From contig NZ_JAVXZY010000003.1 in NCBI RefSeq assembly GCF_032337115.1, positions 211,959 to 275,958 of the forward strand: a stretch of 64,000 nucleotides of DNA, given 5' to 3'. The stretch's first letter is position 1. Every line of letters starts with the position of its first letter. This document shows, one piece after another, positions 38,340 through 47,641 of the stretch. The translations under genes were made by a program, and so were the position numbers. This DNA is from Roseateles aquae. GTDB lineage: Bacteria; Pseudomonadota; Gammaproteobacteria; Burkholderiales; Burkholderiaceae_C. The notes under the pieces are model-generated. The model saw only the letters and a list, made by a program, of their open reading frames with translations. It was not told where the DNA came from and did no database searches.

Positions 38340-39062
38340 ATGATTCCCCTTCCTTCTTCCTGGGCCACGCTGGTGGATGAGGCCGACGAGCGTGATGCGG
38401 CCTCTGACAAGTTCGCCGGCTGGCCGCTGCCGCCGGGCCATGTCTATGGCACGCTGCTGAACCGCCAGGCCGATGTGGCGCGCCTGCAGCAGCTCGCTGG
38501 CGGGGGCTGGAAGGACTCGGTCTACAAGGCCGCGCCGCAGGCGCCGGTGCTGTACCTGAAGACGCCCAATACCTATGCCGAGGACGGCGCCCGCGTGGCG
38601 CTTGACGGGCTGGAAGCGGTGGAGCTGGGCGCCTGTCTGGGCCTGGTGTTCGCGCGCCGTGCCTGCCGCGTCAGCCGCGCCGAGGCGCTGTCCTGCCTGG
38701 CCGGCTATGTGCTGATGCTGGATCTGGCCGAACCGCATCTGCAGGTGCACCGCCCGGCCGTGCGCCAGCGCTGCCGCGATGGCTTTTGCGTGATGGGGCC
38801 GCAGCTGCTGGTCGAGGCGCCGGCACTCCTGCAGCTGGAAATCAACGGCACGCCGGTGCAGCAGCTGGCACCGCTGCAGGGTCTGGTGCGCGACGCGGCG
38901 CAGCTGATTGCCGACGTCAGCGCCTTCATGACGCTGGAGCCGGGCGATGTGTTGCACCTCGGCGCGCCGCTGGATGCGCCACGCGGCCGTGCCGGCGACC
39001 GGGTGCGCTTGAGCGCTGGCGCGGCGCAGCTGACGCTTCAACTGGCCGAGGAGTGGGCATGA
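38340..39062 (+). CDS. hpaG: HpaG N-terminal-type FAH-family enzyme (2-hydroxyhepta-2,4-diene-1,7-dioate isomerase/OPET decarboxylase subunit)
   Basis: FAH fold motifs and position in the hpa operon. Its stop overlaps the next start (ATGA). Confidence 0.7.
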   Translation: MIPLPSSWATLVDEADERDAASDKFAGWPLPPGHVYGTLLNRQADVARLQQLAGGGWKDSVYKAAPQAPVLYLKTPNTYAEDGARVALDGLEAVELGACLGLVFARRACRVSRAEALSCLAGYVLMLDLAEPHLQVHRPAVRQRCRDGFCVMGPQLLVEAPALLQLEINGTPVQQLAPLQGLVRDAAQLIADVSAFMTLEPGDVLHLGAPLDAPRGRAGDRVRLSAGAAQLTLQLAEEWA

Positions 39063-39859
39063 GCGGCATCGCTTCGCTGCGGCCGCTGGCCGAGGGCGCG
39101 CGTGGCTGGGTGCGCTGGCAGGGGCGGGTGCATGAGGTGCGCCCCCATCCCGCCGGGGTGCAGCTGCTCGGGGGCCAGGTTTTGCACGAGGGCGAGTTCG
39201 ACTGGCTGCCGGCGCTGCCACCGCTGCAGGGCCGCCGCGCGCGCAGCTGCTTTGCGCTGGGCCTGAACTATGCCGACCATGCCCGTGAGCTGGACTTCAA
39301 GCCGCCCAGCGAGCCGCTGCTGTTCCTGAAGGGCGCCAACACCCTGTGCGGCCACCGCGGGCAGACGCCGCGGCCGCCTGGCGCCCGGCATATGCACTAT
39401 GAATGCGAGCTGGTCGCGGTGATCGGCCGCGAGGCGCGCCGCGTCAGCCGCGCGCAGGCGCTGGACCATGTGGCCGGCTACACGATTGCCAACGACTACG
39501 CGGTGCGCGACTACCTGGAGAACTTCTACCGGCCCAATCTTCGCGTCAAGAACCGTGACGCTTGCACGCCCATCGGTCCCTGGCTGGTGCCGGCCGCGCA
39601 GATCGGCGACCCGCAGGGCTTGAGCCTGCGCAGCTGGGTCAATGGCGAGTTGAAGCAATCGGGCAGCACACGCGACATGGTCTTCGGCGTGGCCGAGCTG
39701 ATCGAGTACCTGAGCGGTTTCATGACGCTCTCGCCCGGCGACCTGATCCTGACCGGCACGCCCGATGGCGTGGTTGACTGCCCGGTGGGCAGCGAAGTCG
39801 TCTGCGAGATCGACGGCCTGGGCCGCCTGCACAACACCATCATCGAGGGTCAGCCATGA
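39059..39859 (+). CDS. hpaG: HpaG C-terminal-type FAH-family enzyme (5-carboxymethyl-2-oxo-hex-3-ene-1,7-dioate decarboxylase)
   Basis: FAH motifs CFALGLNYADHARE, YECELVAVIG and LSPGDLILTGTPDGV. The start was trimmed to MSGIASL at 39059. Confidence 0.75.
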   Translation: MSGIASLRPLAEGARGWVRWQGRVHEVRPHPAGVQLLGGQVLHEGEFDWLPALPPLQGRRARSCFALGLNYADHARELDFKPPSEPLLFLKGANTLCGHRGQTPRPPGARHMHYECELVAVIGREARRVSRAQALDHVAGYTIANDYAVRDYLENFYRPNLRVKNRDACTPIGPWLVPAAQIGDPQGLSLRSWVNGELKQSGSTRDMVFGVAELIEYLSGFMTLSPGDLILTGTPDGVVDCPVGSEVVCEIDGLGRLHNTIIEGQP

Positions 39860-41316
39860 CGCGCATCGAGCATCTGATCAACGGCAAGCCGCTTGCGGGC
39901 AAGCGCTATTTCGAGACCGTCAATCCGGCCACCCAAGCGGTGCTGGCCGAGGTGGCGCAGGGTGGCGAGGCCGAGGTGAACGCAGCAGTGGCAGCGGCCA
40001 AGGCGGCCTTCCCGGCCTGGGCCGCCTTGCCGGCGCCGCGCCGCGCCGCGCTGATGCGCAAGCTCGGTGAGCTGATTGCGGCTGAGGTGCCGCAGCTCTC
40101 GGCCACCGAGACGGCCGACACCGGCCAGGTGATCGCACAGACCCGCAAGCAGCTGGTGCCGCGCGCGGCCGACAACTTCAACTACTTTGCCGAGATGTGT
40201 GTGCGCGTCGACGGGCACACCTACCCGACCGACACGCACCTGAACTACACGCTGTTCCATCCGGTCGGCGTGTGCGCGCTGATCTCGCCCTGGAACGTGC
40301 CCTTCATGACCAGCACCTGGAAGGTTGCGCCGGCGCTGGCCTTCGGCAACACGGCGGTGCTGAAGATGAGCGAGCTGTCGCCGCTGACGGCATCGCGCCT
40401 GGGCGAACTGGCGCTGGAGGCTGGCATCCCGGCCGGCGTGCTGAACATCGTGCACGGTTATGGCCCCGAGGCCGGCGAGCCGCTGGTGCGCCACCCCGAT
40501 GTGCGGGCTATCTCCTTCACCGGCTCCACCGCCACCGGCAACCGCATCGTGCAGGCGGCCGGCCTGAAGAAGTTCAGCATGGAGCTGGGCGGCAAGAGCC
40601 CCTTCGTGATCTTCGACGATGCCGATCTGGACCGCGCGCTCGACGCCGCCGTGTTCATGATCTTCTCGAACAATGGCGAGCGCTGCACCGCTGGTTCGCG
40701 CATCCTGGTGCAGCAAAGCATCTACGCCGACTTTGCCGAGCGCTTCGCGGCGCGGGCGCGGCGCATCCGTGTGGGCGACCCGATGGACGAGCAGACCATC
40801 ATCGGCCCGATGATTAGCGCCGCCCATCTCGCCAAGGTGCGCCGCTACATCGAGCTGGGCAGCCAGGAGGGCGCGACGCTCTTGTGCGGAGGCCTGGGCG
40901 CGCCCGAGCTGCCGCCCGAACTGTGCGCCGGCAACTATGTGCTGCCGACGGTGTTCGCCGATGTCGACAACCGGATGAAGATTGCGCAGGACGAGATCTT
41001 CGGCCCGGTCGCCTGCCTGATCCCTTTCAAGGACGAGACCGACGCGATCCGCATCGCCAACGACACCGCCTACGGCCTGTCCAGCTATGTCTGGACCGAG
41101 AACATCGGCCGCGCCACGCGGGTGGCCGCCGCCATCGAGGCCGGCATGTGTTTCGTCAACAGCCAGAACGTCCGCGACCTGCGCCAGCCCTTTGGTGGCA
41201 GCAAGGCCTCCGGCACCGGCCGCGAGGGCGGCACCTGGAGCTACGAGGTGTTCCTGGAGCCGAAGAACGTCTGTGTTTCTCTCGGCAGCCACCACATTCC
41301 TCACTGGGGAACCTGA
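39856..41316 (+). CDS. hpaE: 5-carboxymethyl-2-hydroxymuconate semialdehyde dehydrogenase
   Basis: ALDH superfamily motifs (the ELGGKSP glycine motif and ERCTAGSRIL with the catalytic Cys). The order hpaG-E-D is conserved. Confidence 0.8.
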   Translation: MTRIEHLINGKPLAGKRYFETVNPATQAVLAEVAQGGEAEVNAAVAAAKAAFPAWAALPAPRRAALMRKLGELIAAEVPQLSATETADTGQVIAQTRKQLVPRAADNFNYFAEMCVRVDGHTYPTDTHLNYTLFHPVGVCALISPWNVPFMTSTWKVAPALAFGNTAVLKMSELSPLTASRLGELALEAGIPAGVLNIVHGYGPEAGEPLVRHPDVRAISFTGSTATGNRIVQAAGLKKFSMELGGKSPFVIFDDADLDRALDAAVFMIFSNNGERCTAGSRILVQQSIYADFAERFAARARRIRVGDPMDEQTIIGPMISAAHLAKVRRYIELGSQEGATLLCGGLGAPELPPELCAGNYVLPTVFADVDNRMKIAQDEIFGPVACLIPFKDETDAIRIANDTAYGLSSYVWTENIGRATRVAAAIEAGMCFVNSQNVRDLRQPFGGSKASGTGREGGTWSYEVFLEPKNVCVSLGSHHIPHWGT

Positions 41317-41317
41317 G

Positions 41318-42190
41318 ATGGGAACACTAGCCCTAGCCGCCAAGATCACCCACGTGCCCTCGATGTACCTGAGCGAGCAGCCCGGGCCGCACCAGGGCTG
41401 CCGGCAGGCGGCGATCGACGGGCACAAGGAGATCGCGCGGCGCTGTGCGGAAGCGGGGGTGGACAGCATCGTGGTGTTCGACACCCACTGGCTGGTCAAC
41501 AGCGAATACCACCTCAATGGCGCGGCTCGCTTTGCCGGCCGCTACACCAGCAACGAGCTGCCGCACTTCATCAAGAACCTCGATTACGAGGTGCCCGGCA
41601 ACCCGCTGCTGGCCGAGGCGATAGCGGCCGAGGCGAATGCGCTGGGGGTCAAGAGCCGCGCCCATGTCGACACCTCGCTGGACCTGGAGTACGGCAGCCT
41701 GGTGCCGATGCGCTATATGAATGCCAACCAGCGTTTCAAGCTGGTCAGCGTGGCGGCCTGGTGCGTCTGGCACGATCTGCAGGAAAGCCTGCGCTTCGGC
41801 CTGGCGGTGCGCCGCGCCATCGAGCAGCGCTACGAGGGCCGCGTGGCGGTGCTGGCCAGCGGTTCGTTGTCGCACCACTTCGCTAACAACGGCACGGCGC
41901 CGGAGTTCATGCACAGGGTTTGGGACCCATTCCTGGAGCAGGTCGATTGCCGTGTCGTCGAGCTCTGGCAGCAGGGCGACTTCGCCACCTTCACCGCGAT
42001 GCTGCCGATGTACGCCGAGAAATGCTGGGGCGAGGGCGGCATGCACGACACGGCCATGCTGCTGGGCCTGCTCGGCGGCGCGCAGTACCGCGGGCAGGTC
42101 GAGGTGATCACGCCCTATTTCGGCAGTTCGGGCACCGGGCAGATCAACGCGATCTTTCCCGTGCTGCCCCTGCCTGAGAAGGAGGCCTGA
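41318..42190 (+). CDS. hpaD: 3,4-dihydroxyphenylacetate 2,3-dioxygenase (LigB-type extradiol)
   Basis: Class III extradiol dioxygenase signature (VVFDTHW, SGSLSHHF). The start was trimmed to MGTLALA at 41318. Confidence 0.75.
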   Translation: MGTLALAAKITHVPSMYLSEQPGPHQGCRQAAIDGHKEIARRCAEAGVDSIVVFDTHWLVNSEYHLNGAARFAGRYTSNELPHFIKNLDYEVPGNPLLAEAIAAEANALGVKSRAHVDTSLDLEYGSLVPMRYMNANQRFKLVSVAAWCVWHDLQESLRFGLAVRRAIEQRYEGRVAVLASGSLSHHFANNGTAPEFMHRVWDPFLEQVDCRVVELWQQGDFATFTAMLPMYAEKCWGEGGMHDTAMLLGLLGGAQYRGQVEVITPYFGSSGTGQINAIFPVLPLPEKEA

Positions 42191-42191
42191 G

Positions 42192-42602
42192 ATGCCGCAC
42201 CTGACGCTTGAATACTCGGCCAATCTGCGCGAGCAGGGCCGCTTCGATCAGCTTTGCCGCAGCCTGGCGCAGACCCTGGTGGCGCAGCGCAACGAGGCCG
42301 GTGAGCCGGTCTTTCCGATCGGCGGCGTGCGGGTGCGCGCCATCGCCTGCGAGGACTGGTGTGTTGCCGATGGCAGCGTGCCCGAGGCCGGCTTCGTGCA
42401 CGCCCGGCTGCTGATCGGCGCCGGCCGCAGCGCCGCGCAGCAGCAGGCCTGCGGCGACGCGCTGTTCGCGCAGATGAAGACGCATTTCGCCGCCCTCTAT
42501 GAACGCCAGGGCCTGGCGCTGTCGCTGGAACTGGGCGAGTTCAGCGAGGCGGGCACCTGGAAGCACAACAACCTCCATCAACGCTTCAAGCCAAAGGCTT
42601 GA
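42192..42602 (+). CDS. hpaF: 5-carboxymethyl-2-hydroxymuconate isomerase
   Basis: MPHLTLEYSANL opening and the 136-aa size are typical of CHM isomerase. Confidence 0.75.
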   Translation: MPHLTLEYSANLREQGRFDQLCRSLAQTLVAQRNEAGEPVFPIGGVRVRAIACEDWCVADGSVPEAGFVHARLLIGAGRSAAQQQACGDALFAQMKTHFAALYERQGLALSLELGEFSEAGTWKHNNLHQRFKPKA

Positions 42603-42613
42603 ACGCCCAAGGG

Positions 42614-42712
42614 AACCGACCACAGAGACATGGAGACACAGAGAAGTCAGCCTCAAAGCCTTGCTGTCTCCTTGCATTCCTCTGTGGCTCTGTGGCTCTG
42701 TGACTCAGTGGT
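42614..42712 (+). repeat. CACAGAGACA(C/T)GGAG hairpin repeat, copy A (hpaF-hpaH gap)
   Basis: The arms ACCACAGAGACATGGAGACACAGAG ... CCTCTGTGGCTCTGTGGCTCTGTG form a long imperfect inverted repeat. Confidence 0.8.
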
Positions 42713-42760
42713 TTTGTTTTGTGTGTCACGCGCAAAGCGCCGAAAGAATGGAATTCCGAC

Positions 42761-43567
42761 ATGGCCCTTGCACCCGAACTGATCAACACCCTGGCCCGCC
42801 AGCTGTTTGAGGCGCGCCAGCAGCGCCAGTCGCTGCGGCAGTTCTCGCGCCAGCATTCGGAGATGACGCTGGCCGATGGCTATGCGATCCAGCGGGCCTG
42901 GGTGGCGCTGGAGCTGGCGGCGGGGCGGCGGGTGCGTGGGCACAAGATCGGCTTGACCTCGCGGGCGATGCAGCTGAGCTCGCAGATCGACGAGCCCGAT
43001 TACGCGCCGCTGATGGACGATATGCTCTTTGAGCCCGGGGGCGACATCCCCATCGATCGATTCATCGCGCCGCGGGTCGAGGTCGAACTGGCTTTCATCC
43101 TCGGTCGCGATCTGCAGGGGCCTGGCGTGACGCTGTTTGATGTGCTGGCCGCGACCGAGTGGGTGACCCCGGCGATCGAGATCATCGATGCGCGGCTGGA
43201 ACAGTTCGACCGCGACACCCGCGCGCCACGCAAGGTCTTCGACACCATTGCCGACTTCGCCGCCTGCGCCGGCATCGTCATGGGCGGCCGGCCGGTGCGT
43301 GTCGATTCGCACGACCTGCGCTGGATCGGCGCCATGCTGTTCAAGAACGGCGTCATCGAAGAGACCGGCCTGGCCGCCGGCGTGCTCAACCACCCTGCGA
43401 TGGGCATCGTCTGGCTGGCCAACAAGCTGGCCGCGCATGGCGAGGGCCTGAAGGCCGGCGAGGTGGTGTTGGCCGGCTCCTTCACCCGCCCCACACCGGC
43501 CGTGGCCGGTGACAGCTTCCATGTCGACTACGGCCCGCTGGGCGTGGTCGCGTTCCGTTTTGCCTGA
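42761..43567 (+). CDS. hpaH: 2-oxo-hept-4-ene-1,7-dioate hydratase
   Basis: MhpD/HpaH hydratase family motifs ([23 protein letters not shown]). The start was trimmed to MALAPEL. Confidence 0.8.
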   Translation: MALAPELINTLARQLFEARQQRQSLRQFSRQHSEMTLADGYAIQRAWVALELAAGRRVRGHKIGLTSRAMQLSSQIDEPDYAPLMDDMLFEPGGDIPIDRFIAPRVEVELAFILGRDLQGPGVTLFDVLAATEWVTPAIEIIDARLEQFDRDTRAPRKVFDTIADFAACAGIVMGGRPVRVDSHDLRWIGAMLFKNGVIEETGLAAGVLNHPAMGIVWLANKLAAHGEGLKAGEVVLAGSFTRPTPAVAGDSFHVDYGPLGVVAFRFA

Positions 43568-43572
43568 TCTAT

Positions 43573-43668
43573 GGAAGGAATGCAGACCACAGAGACACGG
43601 AGCCACAGAGGAAAACCAAGTGCTGTTTTGAATTCCTCTGTGTCTCCGTGTCTCTGTGGTTGGTTCTG
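43573..43668 (+). repeat. CACAGAGACACGGAG hairpin repeat, copy B (hpaH-hpaI gap)
   Basis: Arms ACCACAGAGACACGGAGCCACAGAGG ... CCTCTGTGTCTCCGTGTCTCTGTGGT. Confidence 0.8.
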
Positions 43669-43690
43669 ATTTCAATGGCGAGGATGAACA

Positions 43691-44506
43691 ATGAAGATGC
43701 CCCGCAACACCTTCGCCGCCGCGCTGCGCGCCGGCCGTCCGCAGATCGGCCTCTGGCTCGGTCTGGCCAGCAGCTATTCGGCCGAGTTGCTGGCCGGCTG
43801 CGGCTATGACTGGCTGCTGATCGACGGCGAGCATGCGCCCAACACGGTGCCCAGCATGCTCACGCAGCTGCAGGCGCTGGCCGCCTATCCGGTGCAGCCC
43901 ATCATCCGCCCGGTGCAGGGGGAGACGGCGCTGATCAAGCAGCTGCTGGACATCGGCGCACAGACGCTCCTGGTGCCCATGGTCGACAGCGCAGAGCAGG
44001 CCCGTGCGCTGGTGGCGGCGACCCGCTATCCGCCACAGGGCATCCGCGGTGTGGGTGCGGCGCTGGCGCGGGCCTCGCGCTGGAACCAGATCCCCGGCTA
44101 TCTGCAACAGGCCAACGAGGAGGTCTGCCTGCTGGTGCAGGTGGAGACGGTGTCAGGTCTTGCCCAGCTCGATGCGATCACCGCGGTGGATGGCGTCGAT
44201 GGCGTGTTCTTCGGCCCGGCCGATCTGTCGGCGTCTATGGGCCATCTGGGCCAGCCCGGCCATCCCGAGGTGCAGCGCGCGCTGATCGACGGCATCGCCC
44301 GCGTTCGCGCCGCCGGCAAGGCGCCGGGCATTCTGGCCACCGATCCCCTGATGGCGCGCCAGTACCTGGCGGCCGGGGCGCTGTTCGTCGCCGTCGGCCT
44401 CGATACCGCCTTGCTGCAGCGCGGCGCCACCGAGCTGCGCCGCCAGTTCAAGCCCGATGACAGTGCGCCCACCGAGGGCGCCGCCAGCCCGCGAGGAGGC
44501 TATTGA
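43691..44506 (+). CDS. hpaI: 4-hydroxy-2-oxoheptanedioate aldolase
   Basis: HpcH/HpaI aldolase motifs ([41 protein letters not shown]). Confidence 0.8.
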   Translation: MKMPRNTFAAALRAGRPQIGLWLGLASSYSAELLAGCGYDWLLIDGEHAPNTVPSMLTQLQALAAYPVQPIIRPVQGETALIKQLLDIGAQTLLVPMVDSAEQARALVAATRYPPQGIRGVGAALARASRWNQIPGYLQQANEEVCLLVQVETVSGLAQLDAITAVDGVDGVFFGPADLSASMGHLGQPGHPEVQRALIDGIARVRAAGKAPGILATDPLMARQYLAAGALFVAVGLDTALLQRGATELRRQFKPDDSAPTEGAASPRGGY

Positions 44507-45261
44507 TGAGCGATCTGGAGCGCATGGACATCAGCCCGCAGGAGCGCGAGGCGCGCATCCAGCTGGCCGCCGCCTACCGCATCTTCGACATGCTGGGCTG
44601 GAGCGAGCTGATCTACAACCACATCTCGCTGCGCGTGCCGGGCGAGCCGCAGCACTTCCTGCTCAACCCCTTTGGCCTGCGCTATGACGAGGTTTGCGCC
44701 TCGAACCTGGTCAAGGTCGACGGCGAGGGCCGCATCATCGGCAGCAGCCGCTGGCCGATCAATCCGGCCGGCTTCACCTTCCACGGCGCCATCCATCGCA
44801 CACTGCCCGAGGCGCATTGCGTGATGCATGTGCACACGACGCCAACGATGGCCGTCTGCTGCCTGGACAGCGGCCTGGACTTCAGCAACTTCTACGCGGC
44901 CCAGCTGTGGGGCAAGGTCGCGTATCACGAGTTCGAGGGCATCACCGTCCATGCCGAGGAGGGCGCGCGCATCCTCGCCAGCGCCGTGGGCAAGCCGGTG
45001 CTGCTGCTGCGCAACCATGGCCCGGTGGTGATCGGCTTTGGCCTTGCCCAGGCCTTCTCGCTGATGTGGCTGCTGCAGCGCGCCTGCGAGGTGCAGTTGG
45101 CCACGGCCAGCATGGGCGCGGCGCGACAGATCGCCGAGCCGGTGCTGGCCGGCTGCGTGCGCGACTCGCTGAACTTCAACCCCAAGTTCGGCGCGGGGCA
45201 GGATGCTTTCGATGCGCTGCGGCGCAAGGTCGAGCGGATGGATCCGTCTTACCGCGATTGA
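44506..45261 (+). CDS. Class II aldolase/adducin-family protein
   Basis: Metal-binding His pattern of FucA/adducin-type class II aldolases (HVHTTP...H). The ATG at 44506 follows a GAGGAGG RBS and overlaps the hpaI stop. Confidence 0.7.
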   Translation: MSDLERMDISPQEREARIQLAAAYRIFDMLGWSELIYNHISLRVPGEPQHFLLNPFGLRYDEVCASNLVKVDGEGRIIGSSRWPINPAGFTFHGAIHRTLPEAHCVMHVHTTPTMAVCCLDSGLDFSNFYAAQLWGKVAYHEFEGITVHAEEGARILASAVGKPVLLLRNHGPVVIGFGLAQAFSLMWLLQRACEVQLATASMGAARQIAEPVLAGCVRDSLNFNPKFGAGQDAFDALRRKVERMDPSYRD

Positions 45262-45640
45262 TTGAATGAATGCAAACCACAGAGACACGGAGACACGGAG
45301 GAAAACAGGAGGATTGCGTCCGTTCAAACTCTGTGTTCCCTCTGTGTCTCCGTGTCTCTGTGGTCGTTTCCCCGCGCCGCGCGATCGAGTGAAGGAATGA
45401 ATGCAAACCACAGAGACACGGAGACACGGAGGAAAACAGGAGGATTGCGTCCGTTCAAACTCTGTGATCCCTCTGTGTCTCCGTGTCTCTGTGGTCGGTT
45501 CCCCGCGCAGCGCGATCGAGAGAAGGAACGAATGCGAACCACAGAGACACAGAGCCACGGAGGAATGCAGGACGATGACATCCGTTCAAGCTCTGTGTTC
45601 CCTCTGTGTCTCCGTGTCTCTGTGGTCGGTTCCCCAAGCG
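45262..45640 (+). repeat. Tandem array of three CACAGAGACACGGAG hairpin-repeat units of about 125 bp each
   Basis: Three head-to-tail units. Each has the arms CCACAGAGACACGGAGACACGGAGG ... CCTCTGTGTCTCCGTGTCTCTGTGG, then a short spacer (GGTTCCCCGCGC(A/C)GCGCGATCGAG(A/T)GAAGGAA). Confidence 0.85.
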
Positions 45641-45672
45641 GCAGGGGACAATAAGCGCTTCGGAGTGAAGAG

Positions 45673-46680
45673 ATGACAGCAGTCAAGAAAATGAGAATTT
45701 GCATTGTTGGGGCGGGCGCCATTGGCGGCTGGTTCGCGGCCCATTGCGGGCACAAGCTGGCTGGCGAAGTGCAGCTCAGCGCGCTGGCCCGCGGCGCCAC
45801 GCTGGCGGCGCTGCGTGAGCACGGCCTGCGCATGGACAGCGGCGGCGAGCGCATCGTCGTGCCGATCACGGCCAGCGATGTGCCGGCCGAGCTGGGCGCG
45901 CAGGATCTGATCGTGCTGGCCGTCAAGGGCCCGGCGCTGGCCGGCGTGGCGCCGGCCGTGCGCCAGCTGCTCGATCAATCGCCCGGCGCCCATGTGCTGG
46001 TGGCGATGAACGGCGTGCCCTGGTGGTTCTTTGATGGCCTGGAGGGCCCCTGCCGCGGCCTGCGCCTGCAGTCGGTCGATGCCGGCGGCGTGGTGGCCGG
46101 CCTGATCCCGGCCGAGCGGGTGATCGGCTCGGTCGTCCATGCCAGCTGCGCCGTGCCCGAGCCGGGCCTGGTGCGCCATGTGATGGGCATGGGCCTGATC
46201 CTCGGCGATCCGGCCGGTGGCCGGCCGGCGCATATCGAGGCACTGGCCGCGCTGCTGCAGCGCGCCGGTTTCAACGCGACGGTGTCGGAGCGCATCCAGA
46301 AGGACATCTGGTACAAGCTCTGGGGCAATATGACGGTCAACCCGATCTCGGCGCTGACCGGCGCGACCACCGACCGCATCATGAACGACGAGCTGGTGCT
46401 GGGCTTTGTCTCGGCGGTGATGCGCGAGGCCTCGGCCATCGGCGATCAGATCGGCTGCCCGGTCGGCCAGACGCCCGAGCAGCGCCACGAGATCACCCGC
46501 AAGCTCGGCGCCTTCAAGAGCTCGATGCTGCAGGACGTCGAGGCCGGCCGCACGATCGAGCTCGATGCCCTGGTCAGCTCGGTGCGCGAGATCGGCCAGC
46601 ACATCGGCACGGCCACGCCCAATATCGACGCGATGCTGGGCCTGACCCGGCTGATGGCGCAGACCCGCGGCCTGCTCTGA
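45673..46680 (+). CDS. 2-dehydropantoate 2-reductase family (PanE/ApbA-like) oxidoreductase
   Basis: Rossmann motif ICIVGAGAIGG and the ApbA C-terminal domain. It is the last gene of the hpa-linked block. Confidence 0.7.
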   Translation: MTAVKKMRICIVGAGAIGGWFAAHCGHKLAGEVQLSALARGATLAALREHGLRMDSGGERIVVPITASDVPAELGAQDLIVLAVKGPALAGVAPAVRQLLDQSPGAHVLVAMNGVPWWFFDGLEGPCRGLRLQSVDAGGVVAGLIPAERVIGSVVHASCAVPEPGLVRHVMGMGLILGDPAGGRPAHIEALAALLQRAGFNATVSERIQKDIWYKLWGNMTVNPISALTGATTDRIMNDELVLGFVSAVMREASAIGDQIGCPVGQTPEQRHEITRKLGAFKSSMLQDVEAGRTIELDALVSSVREIGQHIGTATPNIDAMLGLTRLMAQTRGLL

Positions 46681-46690
46681 TTCGCGGCAG

Positions 46691-47641
46691 TCAGACCGCC
46701 GGCCGGCGCCGCTTGTCGCGGAAGAATTCAAACGCGACTTCGGCGCTGTCGACATCGGCGTTCTGCGCGCCGGTCAGGGCATTGATCCACCACGGATAGC
46801 GATGCCGCGCGCTCGGTTCGGCATGGCCGGCACCGTCGACGCGCAAGAGCACGGCCTGCAGCGACGCACCAGGCTCGCCCCATTGCAGGCGCGTCACCTC
46901 AGTCTTGCAATCGCTGGATGTGAGCGTCTCGCTACGCGGCGCGCCGCCAAGGCCGGCCAGCTCGCGCCAGACCTGCAGCGAGGCCTCGATGCCCAGCATC
47001 TCGCCGGCCTGGCGGCGGTTCTTGCGAAAGGCGCCGCCCTCGTAGCGCACCAGCGGGTCGTGGCGGCTGGCGATCATCAGCAGCGGCAGCGCATGGCGCG
47101 GCGCCGGTACGCGGCTGTTTTTCGGCATCGAGGCCAGCACCGGCGCGAAGGCGGCGAGCCGCGGGCCCAGCTCCGCGGCGAGGCGAAAGCTCATCATGCC
47201 GCCCTTGGACACGCCCATCAGGTAGATGCGTTCGGCATCGGCGCCGTGCGCGGCGATCAAGGTGCTGATCAGTCCATCGATGAAACCGACATCGTCCCAA
47301 TCGCCGCTGGCGCTGGCGTCGGCAAAGCCGTCGTTCCAGCGCTGGCGCTGGCCGTCCGGCGCGGCGATGAGCCAGCCCTCGCGTTCGGCGATCTCACGCC
47401 AATGGGCCAGCGGCGAGGGCGGGAAAGCCTCGCCGAGCAGCTGCTTGCCGGAGGCGCCAAAGCCGTGCAGAAGAATGACTGTCGGGCGTGCGGCCGTGCT
47501 GGGCTGCGAAGGCGCGGCCAGCCAGACCTGGCGCGGGCCGTTCGGGCTCGGCTGGCTCAGCGCCTGCAGCGCAGCGCGCGGGCCGCTCCAAGCGCTGCCG
47601 CCCAACAGCAGGCGACGCCAGAATGGAGTTGCAGCGCTCAT
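46691..47641 (-). CDS. Secreted alpha/beta hydrolase, LpqC/PHB-depolymerase-family esterase
   Basis: Signal peptide, oxyanion region VILLHGFGASG, and nucleophile elbow GVSKGG. The start was trimmed to MSAATPF. Confidence 0.7.
   Translation of the reverse strand: MSAATPFWRRLLLGGSAWSGPRAALQALSQPSPNGPRQVWLAAPSQPSTAARPTVILLHGFGASGKQLLGEAFPPSPLAHWREIAEREGWLIAAPDGQRQRWNDGFADASASGDWDDVGFIDGLISTLIAAHGADAERIYLMGVSKGGMMSFRLAAELGPRLAAFAPVLASMPKNSRVPAPRHALPLLMIASRHDPLVRYEGGAFRKNRRQAGEMLGIEASLQVWRELAGLGGAPRSETLTSSDCKTEVTRLQWGEPGASLQAVLLRVDGAGHAEPSARHRYPWWINALTGAQNADVDSAEVAFEFFRDKRRRPAV

Noticed and set aside
42653-44107. 484-aa minus-strand ORF and other ORFs encoding TETRRHRG/EPTTETRRHRG peptides
   Set aside because: These frames are created by the CACAGAGACACGGAG repeat arms and run antisense to hpaH/hpaI. 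They are not genes.
45262-45640. CRISPR array interpretation of the triple tandem repeat
   Set aside because: The units are about 125 bp and each is an internal inverted repeat. The segments between the arms are conserved rather than unique spacers, and no cas genes are present. It is a tandem MITE/REP-like array.
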